Assembly (NCBI GenBank): GCA_002437105.1
Contig: DJOB01000005.1
Span: forward strand, 110,099 to 174,098
Source of the DNA: Bacillales bacterium UBA6449
Lineage (GTDB): Bacteria > Bacillota_I > Bacilli_A > RFN20 > CAG-288
Length of the DNA: 64,000 nt
Direction: 5' to 3'
In this document: positions 47,362-57,536 of the stretch, piece by piece
How positions within the stretch are numbered: the stretch's first letter is position 1
Layout of the letters: every line of letters starts with the position of its first letter
The notes under the pieces: generated by a model
Database searches by the model: none
Told to the model about the DNA's origin: nothing
The model's input: the letters and a program-made list of their open reading frames with translations, nothing else
Position numbers and translations under genes: made by a program

Positions 47362-50061
47362 CTAATGTTCTCCCTTTCTTCCGAAGATATTCTTCACTGA
47401 ATCGACGAGACTATTATCTTTCTTATATGGAGTAAATTTTAGGACGCTAAATTTCTGACTCTTTGTTTTGAAGATCAGATTTTCACTGAGATAGAGAATG
47501 AGGGCGTAAAGTGGAATAGCCGAGAGACCGAGGACGAGGAGGAAGATCCATGATGACGGCTGGGTGGAGAGCGCATAGTAGAAACAATCCTTGGAATAGA
47601 AGGGAACGAAGGCGAAGATCAAGCCGCGAGGAATGTTATCCGATCCGAGGAAGAACATGGGGAGGACCAAGGCGGCGGCGAGGATGATGGTCAGGCATAT
47701 TCCCATCGTGGTGATGCGGAATTTATTCAGGGGTTGGCAGACCTGGATCATGACTGCATACGCCCCGATCACGGCGGCGATTATGCAGGTGGGTTCCTCG
47801 ATAAAGAGGATAGATTTCAAGAGGTCATCGCGCGGGGTTACACTTCCTAGCAGTTTGAGATATTCGCTGTAGGTGAGAGCCGCTCCTTCCTTAAAGCCTT
47901 TTAGAGCGGAGGGAAGATTATCCATGGTCATGCCGAGATGCGGTTGAACGATCGCATAGGGCATCGCTCCAGTCTTGACCATGAGCTGGACGGAGAAGAC
48001 ACACATGAAGAGGAAGAATCCTGCCGGTATCGACTTGGCGAGAACCCGTTTGGCAAAACCGGGACTCACCGGTTCGTTAGTATCCTCGAGACCGAGGATG
48101 AAACCACCGACGCCAGTGACAAACCAGGTGACGAGGTAGAGGCCTTCCACCGAGTAGGGAATATGTCCGAAGAGCGGAGAGCAGGCCGCTAATCCGAGGG
48201 CGAGGAAGCTCTTCATCAGGAACAGGGTGGATGATCTCTGCATATCGTTGACTGTCTTTCGCCCCTCTTTGAAGATGGCGGGCATGTGGGCGAAATCGCC
48301 ATCGAGTATCGTGACATCGGCTACCTGAGCGGCGGCGGATGATCCACCTTCGTGGGAGATGCAGATGGAGCAGTCGCTCGCTTTGGCGGCGAGCAGATCG
48401 TTCAAGGCGTCGATCACCATCGTCACCTTGTGACCCTGGGCCTGGAGAGCTTTGATTATCTCCTGCTTCTGTTCGGGGGTCGTGCGTCCGAAGATCGTCT
48501 TGATATGCGCGGCGGAACGGGTCTGGTCACGGGAAAGACCCTTCATATTTATGTAGCTGTCAGCTGCGGGGATGCCGAGGCGTTTGGCGATAGCGGCTAC
48601 GGTAACCGGATCGTCGCCAGAGATGATTTTGATGGTGATATGCGAGTCGATCATGCGCTTGATGATCGCGGCAGCGTGGGGACGGATGGTATCCTTCAGG
48701 TAGAGCAGGCACAGGGGAGTGGTGGAGGAGTCGCTGTTCCTGCGGATGAAGACGAGAACGCGCAATCCCTGCTCCGCCTGGGCTTTTACCGTACGGAGGA
48801 GAGGATCGTTAGGATCGAGGAGGAATTGGGGGGCGCCGAGCGCGAAGAATCCATCGAGACCCTCGAAGCTGCACCCCGACTGCTTGATCTTGGAGTTGAA
48901 GGGGACGATGTTGGTGGGGCGGAGTCCGGTGTCTGGGTTGGAGAATCTTCGCTTCAGGGCCAGGGCGGTCTCGGAGCTGTCAGGAACTGCTTGGAGGACC
49001 GCGGCTAGCAGCGAGTCGACCTCGCGCTGATCTCTCCCTAGATACGTGGCACCAGCGAATTCCATCTCTCCGGTCGTCAGCGTCCCGGTCTTATCGAGGC
49101 AGACGATATCCGACATGGCGAGACCTTCGACCGCTTTCAATTCCTTGACGGAAGTTTTTTCCTTATATAGAGCGATTACTGAGAGCGCACACCGGGCGGA
49201 GGCCAGTAGGACTAGACCGGTGGGTATGGCACCGACAATCGTGGTTCCGACAGTCACAGCCACATCTTGGAACAGCCCGGCATCGGAGTAGGGCTGCAGG
49301 GTTCTATAGGAGATGTAGCCGGAGAGGAACGCTAGGGGGACGATCATGATCGATAGCGCCCACACGAAGCGGTCGATCGCCTTAACCATCTCCGGTTTCG
49401 GTTTCTTCATCCGGGCGACATTCTGCTGCAGCTTTTGGGCGTAGGTGTCCCGTCCCACGCCTCTGACGCGGACGATCGCCTCTCCAGAGATGACGATGGC
49501 GCCGGCGAGGATACTGTCCCCGGCGATACGGCGTCTCTCCTTCTGCTCTCCGGTCAGGATCGATTCATCGAGATCGAGGAATCGATCCTTGATCACTCCA
49601 TCGACCGGCACCTGATCCCCCTGTTTTATCCGGATCAGGTCTCCCAGGACGATCTCGCTGCTCCTGATGGAGATCCACTGGTTGTCTCTAAATACTTTGA
49701 CCTTCTGTTCATTGATCAGACTCAGTCGATTGATCAGGTGCGAAGCTCGGCACTCCTGGAAGGTTCCGATGAGAAGGTTGAGAACGACTGGCACCATAAA
49801 CCCGTATTTCGTGAAGGTGTACTGGGTATCTTTAGAGGTGCCGATCCCGAGGATCATGAATCCGATGGCGACGGCGAAGAGGATGATGTTGAACCACGAG
49901 AAAAGATTGCGCAGAACTATGCGCAGGTAGACGTAGAAGATATTCCGCTTGACCGTATTGGCCAATCCGGCTCGCTTTCTCTCCTCCGCCTGTTTTGCGG
50001 TTAATCCATCCATGTTCAACGGCTCGACGAGGAGGTCGGGCCTCCGCCTGTAACTCGGCAT
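47362..50061 (-). CDS. Cation-transporting P-type ATPase
   Basis: Motifs are 'TGEQ', the phosphorylation site 'CLDKTGTLT', 'SGDDP' and a hinge 'VIDALND' in place of GDGxND. About ten TM segments are present. RBS GGAGG is present. Confidence 0.88.
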   Translation of the reverse strand: MPSYRRRPDLLVEPLNMDGLTAKQAEERKRAGLANTVKRNIFYVYLRIVLRNLFSWFNIILFAVAIGFMILGIGTSKDTQYTFTKYGFMVPVVLNLLIGTFQECRASHLINRLSLINEQKVKVFRDNQWISIRSSEIVLGDLIRIKQGDQVPVDGVIKDRFLDLDESILTGEQKERRRIAGDSILAGAIVISGEAIVRVRGVGRDTYAQKLQQNVARMKKPKPEMVKAIDRFVWALSIMIVPLAFLSGYISYRTLQPYSDAGLFQDVAVTVGTTIVGAIPTGLVLLASARCALSVIALYKEKTSVKELKAVEGLAMSDIVCLDKTGTLTTGEMEFAGATYLGRDQREVDSLLAAVLQAVPDSSETALALKRRFSNPDTGLRPTNIVPFNSKIKQSGCSFEGLDGFFALGAPQFLLDPNDPLLRTVKAQAEQGLRVLVFIRRNSDSSTTPLCLLYLKDTIRPHAAAIIKRMIDSHITIKIISGDDPVTVAAIAKRLGIPAADSYINMKGLSRDQTRSAAHIKTIFGRTTPEQKQEIIKALQAQGHKVTMVIDALNDLLAAKASDCSICISHEGGSSAAAQVADVTILDGDFAHMPAIFKEGRKTVNDMQRSSTLFLMKSFLALGLAACSPLFGHIPYSVEGLYLVTWFVTGVGGFILGLEDTNEPVSPGFAKRVLAKSIPAGFFLFMCVFSVQLMVKTGAMPYAIVQPHLGMTMDNLPSALKGFKEGAALTYSEYLKLLGSVTPRDDLLKSILFIEEPTCIIAAVIGAYAVMIQVCQPLNKFRITTMGICLTIILAAALVLPMFFLGSDNIPRGLIFAFVPFYSKDCFYYALSTQPSSWIFLLVLGLSAIPLYALILYLSENLIFKTKSQKFSVLKFTPYKKDNSLVDSVKNIFGRKGEH

Positions 50062-50070
50062 ACCAACCTC

Positions 50071-51174
50071 CTATCTCAGCGACGAGAAATCCAGGAGGTC
50101 GACTAGGATCGAGTCGAGGATATACAGTTTATCCCTCTTCACTCGCACCCTGGAATCGTCGATCTCGAGATCATCCCTCAGCGCCTCTATTCTATCAGCG
50201 TAAGCGAGAAGGAAATCCTTATTGAATCTCTCCTTGAAATCTTTCAAGCTGAATCCATCCCGCAAGCGCAGGTTGCACATGAGATAGTCGAATTCCTGTT
50301 CCGCCAGGGACTCCGCTCGAGAGGAGAAGATATACTTGCCAGCCAGGTAGTCCGTCATGGAACGGGTGCGGACCGCTCGGACTCCGTCGACATAGGAGGA
50401 AGCGCCATAGCCGATCGCAGCATAGGGATCACCTCTCCAGTAACAGGTGTTGTGCCGAGATTCGAATCCGGGGCGCGCCCAGTTGGAGACCTCGTAGCGG
50501 TCTAGTCCCATGGACCTGAGAGCGGTGTCGATAGTATCGTAGTAGAGGCTCAGCGTATCGTCGCTTGGGGGTTGAACTTTCTGGATGGCAAACATGGTGT
50601 GGGGTTCTAGCTGAAGAGCGTAGAAGCTGACGTGGGGGAGATTCTCTTTTCTAACCCAGTCGAGATCGTTCTTCAGGTCATCCATCCGCTCTCCCGGGAG
50701 TCCGTAGATGAAGTCGCACGAGAGGTTATCTATCCCCGCTTCGCGGCATAGCGCGATGGCCCGGGCGGCATCCTCCGGGGTGTGTCTCCTTCCGAGCATC
50801 TTCAGAGTGCTCTCTTTAATCGACTGAACTCCTAAAGATATTCTATTTATTCCACAAGCCTTTAATAGACTTACCAATCTGGGATTTACATCTTCAGGAT
50901 TGCACTCGATAGTAAATTCTTTCGGCGTGCCATGACGCCGGACCAACTCCTCCAGGATCAACTTCAAAAGTGATGCATCCAGCGCTGATGGTGTTCCTCC
51001 GCCGAGGTAGATGGTGTCGAAGTGAAGACCCTGGTAGCGTGTGTCCTCATTCAGAAGGGCTTTGGTGTATCGCTCCTGGTATCCCGTTGAAAGAAGGAGC
51101 TTTGGGAAGTCGCAGTAGGGGCAGATGTGCCGACAGAACGGGATGTGGACATAGAGCGACCGGGGAGGGTTCAT
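50071..51174 (-). CDS. hemW: Radical SAM HemW/HemN-like protein (heme chaperone / oxygen-independent coproporphyrinogen oxidase-like)
   Basis: It begins 'LYVHIPFCRHICPYCDF' (CxxxCxxC) and carries 'IYLGGGTPS'. The ATG overlaps the upstream stop (ATGA). Confidence 0.9.
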   Translation of the reverse strand: MNPPRSLYVHIPFCRHICPYCDFPKLLLSTGYQERYTKALLNEDTRYQGLHFDTIYLGGGTPSALDASLLKLILEELVRRHGTPKEFTIECNPEDVNPRLVSLLKACGINRISLGVQSIKESTLKMLGRRHTPEDAARAIALCREAGIDNLSCDFIYGLPGERMDDLKNDLDWVRKENLPHVSFYALQLEPHTMFAIQKVQPPSDDTLSLYYDTIDTALRSMGLDRYEVSNWARPGFESRHNTCYWRGDPYAAIGYGASSYVDGVRAVRTRSMTDYLAGKYIFSSRAESLAEQEFDYLMCNLRLRDGFSLKDFKERFNKDFLLAYADRIEALRDDLEIDDSRVRVKRDKLYILDSILVDLLDFSSLR

Positions 51175-52466
51175 CAGCGTGAAGCCTCACTGGGCATGAC
51201 GGGCTCGACTGCGCCCGAGGTGTATTCTTCCTTGGGTATGGGGGTATACGTGAATTTCTTGCCAGCTTTTCCCTTGCGGTAGAATCCCATCTGACTGAGC
51301 AGGTCCATCGAGGTCCGTGCGGTTTCATAGACGACATCTTCGGCTTCCATGAACTGCTTCAGCGTGTAGAAGCGGCCGATTTGATTGTGCGATAGATAGA
51401 AATCGATCTGAAAATCCCGCAGCAGAGGATAGTTCTCCCTGATCTGCGCCTTCCTGGGGTCTTCGGATTCCGCCTTCTTCGCCAGCGTATTTTCCAGCTC
51501 GCGCTTCAGAACGCCGATCGGCTTGACTGGGGCGCTCGGTTTATCTAGGGGTAAGCTTTCGACATCGTAGGAGCTGCTGTCCTTCTCGGCTCTGATCAGG
51601 TCGGTCTCGAACTGATCCATATCCTCCTCCAACAGAGGAAGGGCGGTGAGGATGAAGTAGTTGAAGTCGCGGGAACGGAGGCTGAGATCGACTGCCTTCA
51701 AGAAGGTGGTTTCCCTATTCAGACACAGATTGCACAGGTTGATCGCGTAGGGCATCTGTCCGAGACCTTCCGAGGAGAGAAAATACTTGCTCAGCAGGTT
51801 CTGGATCGAGTCGGAGGAGAACTCGTAGGGGTGGAATCCGTCGAACCAGAAAAAGATCGAGAGGAAGCGGAAGCAGATCGGCAGGTCCGAATCCGCGATG
51901 ATCCGGAACAGCGGCTCGATCCGGTTGCGATCCGCCTTGATGTCTTCGCTATCGTTTCCTTGGATATCTGTAGCAATCGTGTCGGTCAGGTCGGTATCGA
52001 TCGTTTTTGTTCTATCCTGTCTGAGCTTTTCCTGCGCATCGAGAATCTGTTTCAGCATCGAGATATTCAGGTCGGATGAGGTGCGTCCGGCGATGATATC
52101 GTCGATCTGAAGGCGGGTGACTGGGAGTTCGTAATAGTTGGTCAGGGTCTCGAAGAAGTTGGTGAGAGCGGAACCGAGCATGCCGCTTTTAACTGGAGTA
52201 TGGAGCTGATTGAAGCGTAGAGCGGCCAGGAATAATCTCCTGTCCATCACCATCATGCGGGTGAGGATATCGCGGGTGAGAACCGCAAAGAAAGGGAGAC
52301 CGGTATTGGCCTTGACGGGAAGTTCAACTCTGAAAAGGCTGCGGTACTGAGTTACCTCGGCCCAGATGCTGTCGATGTCATCCAGGTTGTAGCGGGCTTG
52401 TACCTGTTCTTTCGATAGATATTCGCGGTCGGTGAATAGCGGCCCCTTTTCTAGTTGATTCAGCAT
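51174..52466 (-). CDS. Hypothetical protein; possible degenerate Fic-fold domain plus C-terminal winged-helix
   Basis: At 430 aa, it has 'FWFDGFHPYEFSSDSIQNLL' where Fic proteins carry HPFxxGNGRxxR. The C-terminus 'FYTLKQFMEAEDVVYETARTSMDLLSQMGFYRK' resembles the Fic-associated wHTH. The call is by eye only. Confidence 0.6.
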   Translation of the reverse strand: MLNQLEKGPLFTDREYLSKEQVQARYNLDDIDSIWAEVTQYRSLFRVELPVKANTGLPFFAVLTRDILTRMMVMDRRLFLAALRFNQLHTPVKSGMLGSALTNFFETLTNYYELPVTRLQIDDIIAGRTSSDLNISMLKQILDAQEKLRQDRTKTIDTDLTDTIATDIQGNDSEDIKADRNRIEPLFRIIADSDLPICFRFLSIFFWFDGFHPYEFSSDSIQNLLSKYFLSSEGLGQMPYAINLCNLCLNRETTFLKAVDLSLRSRDFNYFILTALPLLEEDMDQFETDLIRAEKDSSSYDVESLPLDKPSAPVKPIGVLKRELENTLAKKAESEDPRKAQIRENYPLLRDFQIDFYLSHNQIGRFYTLKQFMEAEDVVYETARTSMDLLSQMGFYRKGKAGKKFTYTPIPKEEYTSGAVEPVMPSEASR

Positions 52467-52535
52467 AATCTTCCTCTTTCAACGAGGATTATAGTGTAAA
52501 AGAGGCTTAAATACTACTTTCCTACTAAAGTGATA

Positions 52536-54356
52536 TTACTTGGCGTCCGCGTCATCCACCGAGAGGACCGCGATGAAGGCTTCCTGAGGCACATAGACCT
52601 TGCCGAACTCCTTCATCCTCTTCTTACCTTCCTTCTGCTTCTCTAGCAGCTTCTTCTTGCGGGAAATATCGCCACCATAGCACTTGGCGAGAACATCCTT
52701 GCGAACTGCCTTGATATCCGCTCGGGCGATGATCCGGCGATCTAGGGCGGCTTGGATGGGTATTTCGAACTGCTGTCGAGGAATCACGAGTGCCAGCTTT
52801 TCGACGATGGCGCGCGCCCGAGGATAGGCGGTGCCTTTAAAGACGATCGTGGTGAGGGCATCGACCTTGTCACCGTTGAGCAGGATGTCCATTCGCGCAA
52901 GGTCCGACTTTCGATAACCGATGGGCTGGTAGTCCAGCGAGGCGTATCCGGCGGTGAGCGATTTGATCCGGTCGAAGAAGGAGAAGATGACCTCGGACAG
53001 CGGCAATTCGTATTTGAGGGTGGCACGCTTGGTGTCGATATACTCCATCCCTAGATATTTTCCACGGCGGTTTTCACACAGCTGCATCAGGGGTCCGATG
53101 TAGTCGTTGGGCGTCATGATCTCGGCGTTGACGAAGGGCTCCTCCGCCTCTTTGACCAGAGAGGAATCGGTGGGGAAGTCGGCCGGGTTTTGAATGTTCA
53201 TCTTCGTTCCGTTGGTCAGGGTCAGATGATAGACGACCGAGGGAGCGGTGCAGATCAGATCCAAGTCGTAATCGTCCTCGAGCCGCTCCTGCACGACCGA
53301 CATGTGGAGCAGACCGAGGAATCCGCAGCGGAAGCCGGAGCCGAGGGCCACCGAGGTCTCTGGCTCATAGACGAGCGCGGCATCGTTGAGCGAGAGCTTC
53401 TCCAGCGCTTCACGGAGTTTCTCGAAATCGCGATTGTCGGAAGGATAGAGTCCCGAGTAGACCATGGGCATCAGTTTTCTAAAGCCGGGCAGCGCGGTCT
53501 TTGCCGGGTTGTCAGCCCGGGTTACGGTGTCGCCCACATCGACATCCTTGATGTCCTTGATCTGCGCACCGATATATCCGACTTCACCCGCTTTAAGAGA
53601 GTTGGTCTTCTTCTCTTTAGGGCAGCGGATACCGACCTCTTCGACGGTGAACTCGGCTCCGTTTGACATGAAACGAATCCGATCCCCGACGGAGACAGTC
53701 CCGGATTTTATCCTCACTTCGATCAGGACGCCCCGGTAGGGATCGAAGCGGGAATCGAAGATCATGGCCTGCAGGGGAGCGTCGGCATCCCCCTGAGGAG
53801 CGGGGAGCCTTTTGGTGATGGCCTCCAGAAGCTCGGGTACGCCCTGACCGGTCTTGGCGGAGACCATGAGGCAGTCGTCGGGGTCGATCTCCAGGGTGTC
53901 GATCAGATCCTCTTGGCACATCTCGATGTTGGCGGAAGGCAGATCGACCTTGTTGATCACCGGCAGCAGCTTCAGATGATCGTCCTTGGCGAGATAGGCG
54001 TTGGCCAGGGTCTGAGCCTGGACGCCTTGGGTCGCATCCACCAGCAGCAGGGCGCCTTCACAACAGGCCAGGGAGCGGGAGACCTCGTAGGTGAAATCTA
54101 CATGACCCGGAGTGTCGATCAGGTTGAAGAGGTAGTGTTCTCCATTCTTCGCCTGGTAGTCGAGGTTGACCGCATTGAGTTTGACGGTGATGCCGCGCCG
54201 CTGCTCCAGGGGGAGATCATCCAGCATCTGTTGGGTCGCCTCGCGGAGCGGGACGGCGCCAGTCAGTTCTAGGATCCTATCGGATAGGGTGGTTTTTCCG
54301 TGATCTATATGAGCGATGATAGCGAAGTTCCTGATGTGTTCTCTGTCGTAATCCAT
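52536..54356 (-). CDS. lepA: Elongation factor 4 (LepA)
   Basis: It begins 'IRNFAIIAHIDHGKTTLSDR' and carries 'DTPGHVDF', 'NKVDL' and the C-terminal LepA domain. Confidence 0.98.
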   Translation of the reverse strand: MDYDREHIRNFAIIAHIDHGKTTLSDRILELTGAVPLREATQQMLDDLPLEQRRGITVKLNAVNLDYQAKNGEHYLFNLIDTPGHVDFTYEVSRSLACCEGALLLVDATQGVQAQTLANAYLAKDDHLKLLPVINKVDLPSANIEMCQEDLIDTLEIDPDDCLMVSAKTGQGVPELLEAITKRLPAPQGDADAPLQAMIFDSRFDPYRGVLIEVRIKSGTVSVGDRIRFMSNGAEFTVEEVGIRCPKEKKTNSLKAGEVGYIGAQIKDIKDVDVGDTVTRADNPAKTALPGFRKLMPMVYSGLYPSDNRDFEKLREALEKLSLNDAALVYEPETSVALGSGFRCGFLGLLHMSVVQERLEDDYDLDLICTAPSVVYHLTLTNGTKMNIQNPADFPTDSSLVKEAEEPFVNAEIMTPNDYIGPLMQLCENRRGKYLGMEYIDTKRATLKYELPLSEVIFSFFDRIKSLTAGYASLDYQPIGYRKSDLARMDILLNGDKVDALTTIVFKGTAYPRARAIVEKLALVIPRQQFEIPIQAALDRRIIARADIKAVRKDVLAKCYGGDISRKKKLLEKQKEGKKRMKEFGKVYVPQEAFIAVLSVDDADAK

Positions 54357-56740
54357 TATTCTCCCTCCTTCGTTCTGTGAGCTTCCCAGAATGACTCGAT
54401 CTTCTCTCTCAGTTGGTCCTCACCTCTGACATAGGTACAATCGCCGAAGTTTTCCTTCAGCATTATCCCATAATCTCGTCTGGCGAATCGCCTGTCTATC
54501 AGCGTGATGATGCCGATATCGCTCTCGCTGCGGATGATGCGTCCAGCGGCTTGGACGACTCGATTGAAACCTGGATATATCCAGGCGAATGAGGTCCCAT
54601 CGAGGCCCTTCTGGTCGAAGTAGTCCTTCATCTTCTGATTCTCGAAATCCATCGAGGGGAAGCCGACGCTGACCACTATCACGCCGGACAGGGCGTGGGG
54701 GGCCATCTCGATCCCCTCACCGAAGATACCGCCCAGGACGGCTAGGCCGACGGTCGTCCGCTCGGGGTTCGGATGGAACTCGGAGATGAAGGCGTCCCTC
54801 TCCTCGATCGTCATTTTTGCCTGCTGAGTGTAGATGTTCCAATCGGGATAGTCCTTCAGTCTCTCCTCGACCATATTCATGTAGGCGAAGGAGGGGAAGA
54901 AGATCAGGTAGTCCCCTCTCTTGGGCTCTATAGAGGCCCGGATGGAAGAAATCAGTTGGTTCAGGGTTTTCTGTCGGGCTCTGTAGGTGGTATCGATCGA
55001 GGTGTCGATGCAGACCAGCCTATTGCGGCTATCGAAGGGGCTGGGAATATTGATCCGGTCCTCGGCGGGAGTATCGGATCCACCGAGCCTCTCGATGAAG
55101 TAGTCCAGAGGAGAGAGGGTGGCGGAGAAGAAGAGGGCAGAGTGGAAACGATCGGTGGTCTGTTTCACCTCTTCCGACGCATCGAGGCAGAGGATGTCGA
55201 TGCTGGTCAGATCCTGACCGTCATACTGCAGGAATTGGATGTAGTTCGCCTGTCCGCCCGGGGGCAAGAGCCGAAATTTCTTTACTTCGTTCCTCAGGTC
55301 GATCAGGATCTGCGGTGCCTCGCCCGGGTGTTTCTTCATATCCTCGTTGGAACGGGTGGTGAAGTCTTTTAGCATGGCGAGAAAATCATCGGGGATGCTG
55401 GTGAGAACGGCGATGCTGTCCTGGATGGAATCCCGCTTCTCCGTCTCCAGCGTGGATAGGTTGAAGAGCAGGTCGGATAGGGATTCTCTAGTCTTGCGGA
55501 ATACCTTGGCACTGAGTTCCGAGTAGCACTTGGCTAGAGTGGAAACCTTGAGGCTGGAAGAGTACATGGATCGGGCGCGATCGGGCAGGTTATGCGCCTC
55601 ATCGACCAGGAGGGAGAAGGGGAGACCATCCCCCATCGCCACGTCCGATAGCTGGACTGAAGGGTCGAAGATATAGTTGTAGTCACAGATGATCAGATCG
55701 GCTCTTCTCGCCATGTCCAACTCCAGCTCAAATGGGCAGATCACATGTTTTTTAGCTAAATCGATAATATCTGATTTATCGAAGATGTTTCTCTGTTTAT
55801 AGGCTTCTTCTATAACTGAATTTATTTTAGTGTAATAATCCTTGGCAAACGGGCATTCGTCCGGGTTACACCGTTTTTTAAACCGGGGATCATTGAGGCA
55901 GATCCGATCCTTCGCGGTGAGGGCGATCGTTCTCAGGATACCGCCCGATCTCTCCATTATCTCCGCTGTCTTCAGCGCCTGCATCCTGATGCTGTTCTTC
56001 GAGGTCAGATAGTAGATCTTCTCGATCTCACCCTGACCGATGGCACGGCAGGTCGGCATGATGGCGCAGACGGTCTTTCCGATACCTGTGGGGGCCTGTA
56101 CGTAGGCTTGCTCCCCCTTCTGGGCGATGTCGCTCACTCGCTCAAAGAGGAATCTCTGCCCCTTCCTCCAGGTCTGAAAGGGAAACGAAAGAGCCTTCAG
56201 GCTCGCGTCTCTTTTTCGCTCGTATTCCCTTTGATTTCGATACCGCTGGAGCCACTCGCCGATCAGCTCGTGAGCGAATTCATCCAGCTCTTGGAAAGTG
56301 AAGGGCTGGTCTTCGATGAGCCTATCGGATTCCTTGCGCTGCTTTACATATGTAAGTCGGACGATGACGCGATCCACGCGATTCTCGCGGCAGTACATCC
56401 AGGCGTAGAGCTTAGCCTGTCCCTGGTGCCACTGAAAATTCTGGTCTCTGAACTTTTTGAGATCCTCCACGGTGGACTTGATCTCGTCGATCGTGGGCGG
56501 ATTGGATCTTATCAGACCATCGGCTCTCCCCTGGATATGCAGGGTGATCTCTCCATCTTGAAAGTAGGTCTCCAAGGGATATTCTGGAAGGTAGTCGGCA
56601 TTCTGTTCAGACTGGATAAGTCGGTGAACCTGACTGCCTACCTCCATCGTTTCTGCATTGAAGACTCTATTATCCAAGTCACCGGTGCGGAGAAGAGAAT
56701 CCACGATATCGTGGACTGAGAGACTGATTTCCTGTTCCAT
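54356..56740 (-). CDS. XPD/DinG-family Fe-S helicase with an N-terminal RecB-like PD-(D/E)xK nuclease domain
   Basis: Helicase motifs are 'APTGIGKT', 'DEAHNL' and 'QAAGRIIRSESDIG'. Fe-S cysteines are 'CLNDPRFKKRCNPDECPF...VICPFE'. The N-terminus carries 'GRADGLI..IDEIKST..QAKLYAWMY'. Its stop overlaps the lepA start. Confidence 0.85.
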   Translation of the reverse strand: MEQEISLSVHDIVDSLLRTGDLDNRVFNAETMEVGSQVHRLIQSEQNADYLPEYPLETYFQDGEITLHIQGRADGLIRSNPPTIDEIKSTVEDLKKFRDQNFQWHQGQAKLYAWMYCRENRVDRVIVRLTYVKQRKESDRLIEDQPFTFQELDEFAHELIGEWLQRYRNQREYERKRDASLKALSFPFQTWRKGQRFLFERVSDIAQKGEQAYVQAPTGIGKTVCAIMPTCRAIGQGEIEKIYYLTSKNSIRMQALKTAEIMERSGGILRTIALTAKDRICLNDPRFKKRCNPDECPFAKDYYTKINSVIEEAYKQRNIFDKSDIIDLAKKHVICPFELELDMARRADLIICDYNYIFDPSVQLSDVAMGDGLPFSLLVDEAHNLPDRARSMYSSSLKVSTLAKCYSELSAKVFRKTRESLSDLLFNLSTLETEKRDSIQDSIAVLTSIPDDFLAMLKDFTTRSNEDMKKHPGEAPQILIDLRNEVKKFRLLPPGGQANYIQFLQYDGQDLTSIDILCLDASEEVKQTTDRFHSALFFSATLSPLDYFIERLGGSDTPAEDRINIPSPFDSRNRLVCIDTSIDTTYRARQKTLNQLISSIRASIEPKRGDYLIFFPSFAYMNMVEERLKDYPDWNIYTQQAKMTIEERDAFISEFHPNPERTTVGLAVLGGIFGEGIEMAPHALSGVIVVSVGFPSMDFENQKMKDYFDQKGLDGTSFAWIYPGFNRVVQAAGRIIRSESDIGIITLIDRRFARRDYGIMLKENFGDCTYVRGEDQLREKIESFWEAHRTKEGE

Positions 56741-56776
56741 GGCGACTAGAGATTTTAGACTCTAACCGCCATTTAG

Positions 56777-57427
56777 TCACCTCTGCAGCAGGGATTCGGC
56801 CAGGTTAGACATGATTCCTAATGCGATTCCAGATCGGTTGGCTGCGGCATTTTCCAAGCGGAGAAATGCTGATTTTCTCTGCAGACGGTCCTGCGATGAG
56901 ATCAGATCGATGATGGCTAGATATGCCGCGGCATCCGGGTCTTTCAGGTCGCTAGCATCGGAGAAGTGCTGGCGGGCTTTCACGAGATTCTGAGGCACGC
57001 CTAGGGCGTGAAAGTGGAATACTCCGAGCTGATAGTGAGCGGTGCTCAGTCCGAGCGCGGCTGATTGGGTGAACATGTCGAAGGCTATTTTCGCATCTCT
57101 CTTTACCCAGTAACCCGCTGAGTAGAAGAGGCCGAGCAGGTAGAGACACTCCGCATACCTCTTCATTATGCCGAGGCGGAATATCTCCATCAGGGCATAG
57201 GAGGAATCCTTATCGATCTTTCTCTCATAGGTGGCGAAGTAGGCCCAGAGGAAGATCGCTTCGCATCCGCCTTCGATATCGTTTTTGGCTTTCTCTCTAA
57301 ATTCGTTTAGCCTCTCCAGGGGGAAGGAGATGAAATCGGAGATATAACCTGTGCTATGCAGTGTTTTAAACTCCTTATAGGTATCTGCCTTCACCCTTTC
57401 GTATCGGTAGAAATTAGCTCCGAACAT
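56777..57427 (-). CDS. Sel1-like (SLR/TPR) repeat protein
   Basis: Repeats of the type 'LGLFYSAGYWVKRDAKIAFDMFTQSAALG' and 'AHYQLGVFHFHALGVPQNLVKARQHFSDAS' are present. RBS GGAGG is present. Confidence 0.75.
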   Translation of the reverse strand: MFGANFYRYERVKADTYKEFKTLHSTGYISDFISFPLERLNEFREKAKNDIEGGCEAIFLWAYFATYERKIDKDSSYALMEIFRLGIMKRYAECLYLLGLFYSAGYWVKRDAKIAFDMFTQSAALGLSTAHYQLGVFHFHALGVPQNLVKARQHFSDASDLKDPDAAAYLAIIDLISSQDRLQRKSAFLRLENAAANRSGIALGIMSNLAESLLQR

Positions 57428-57536
57428 AGTCGTGCCTCCGCTGTTACTCCTCTATATGTTCGCAGCCGATCTTTCTGCCAAACTGCTTCTCCTCGCTATC
57501 AGGTTTGCTTATACTCTTTTCCGAGGTGGGTAACCT

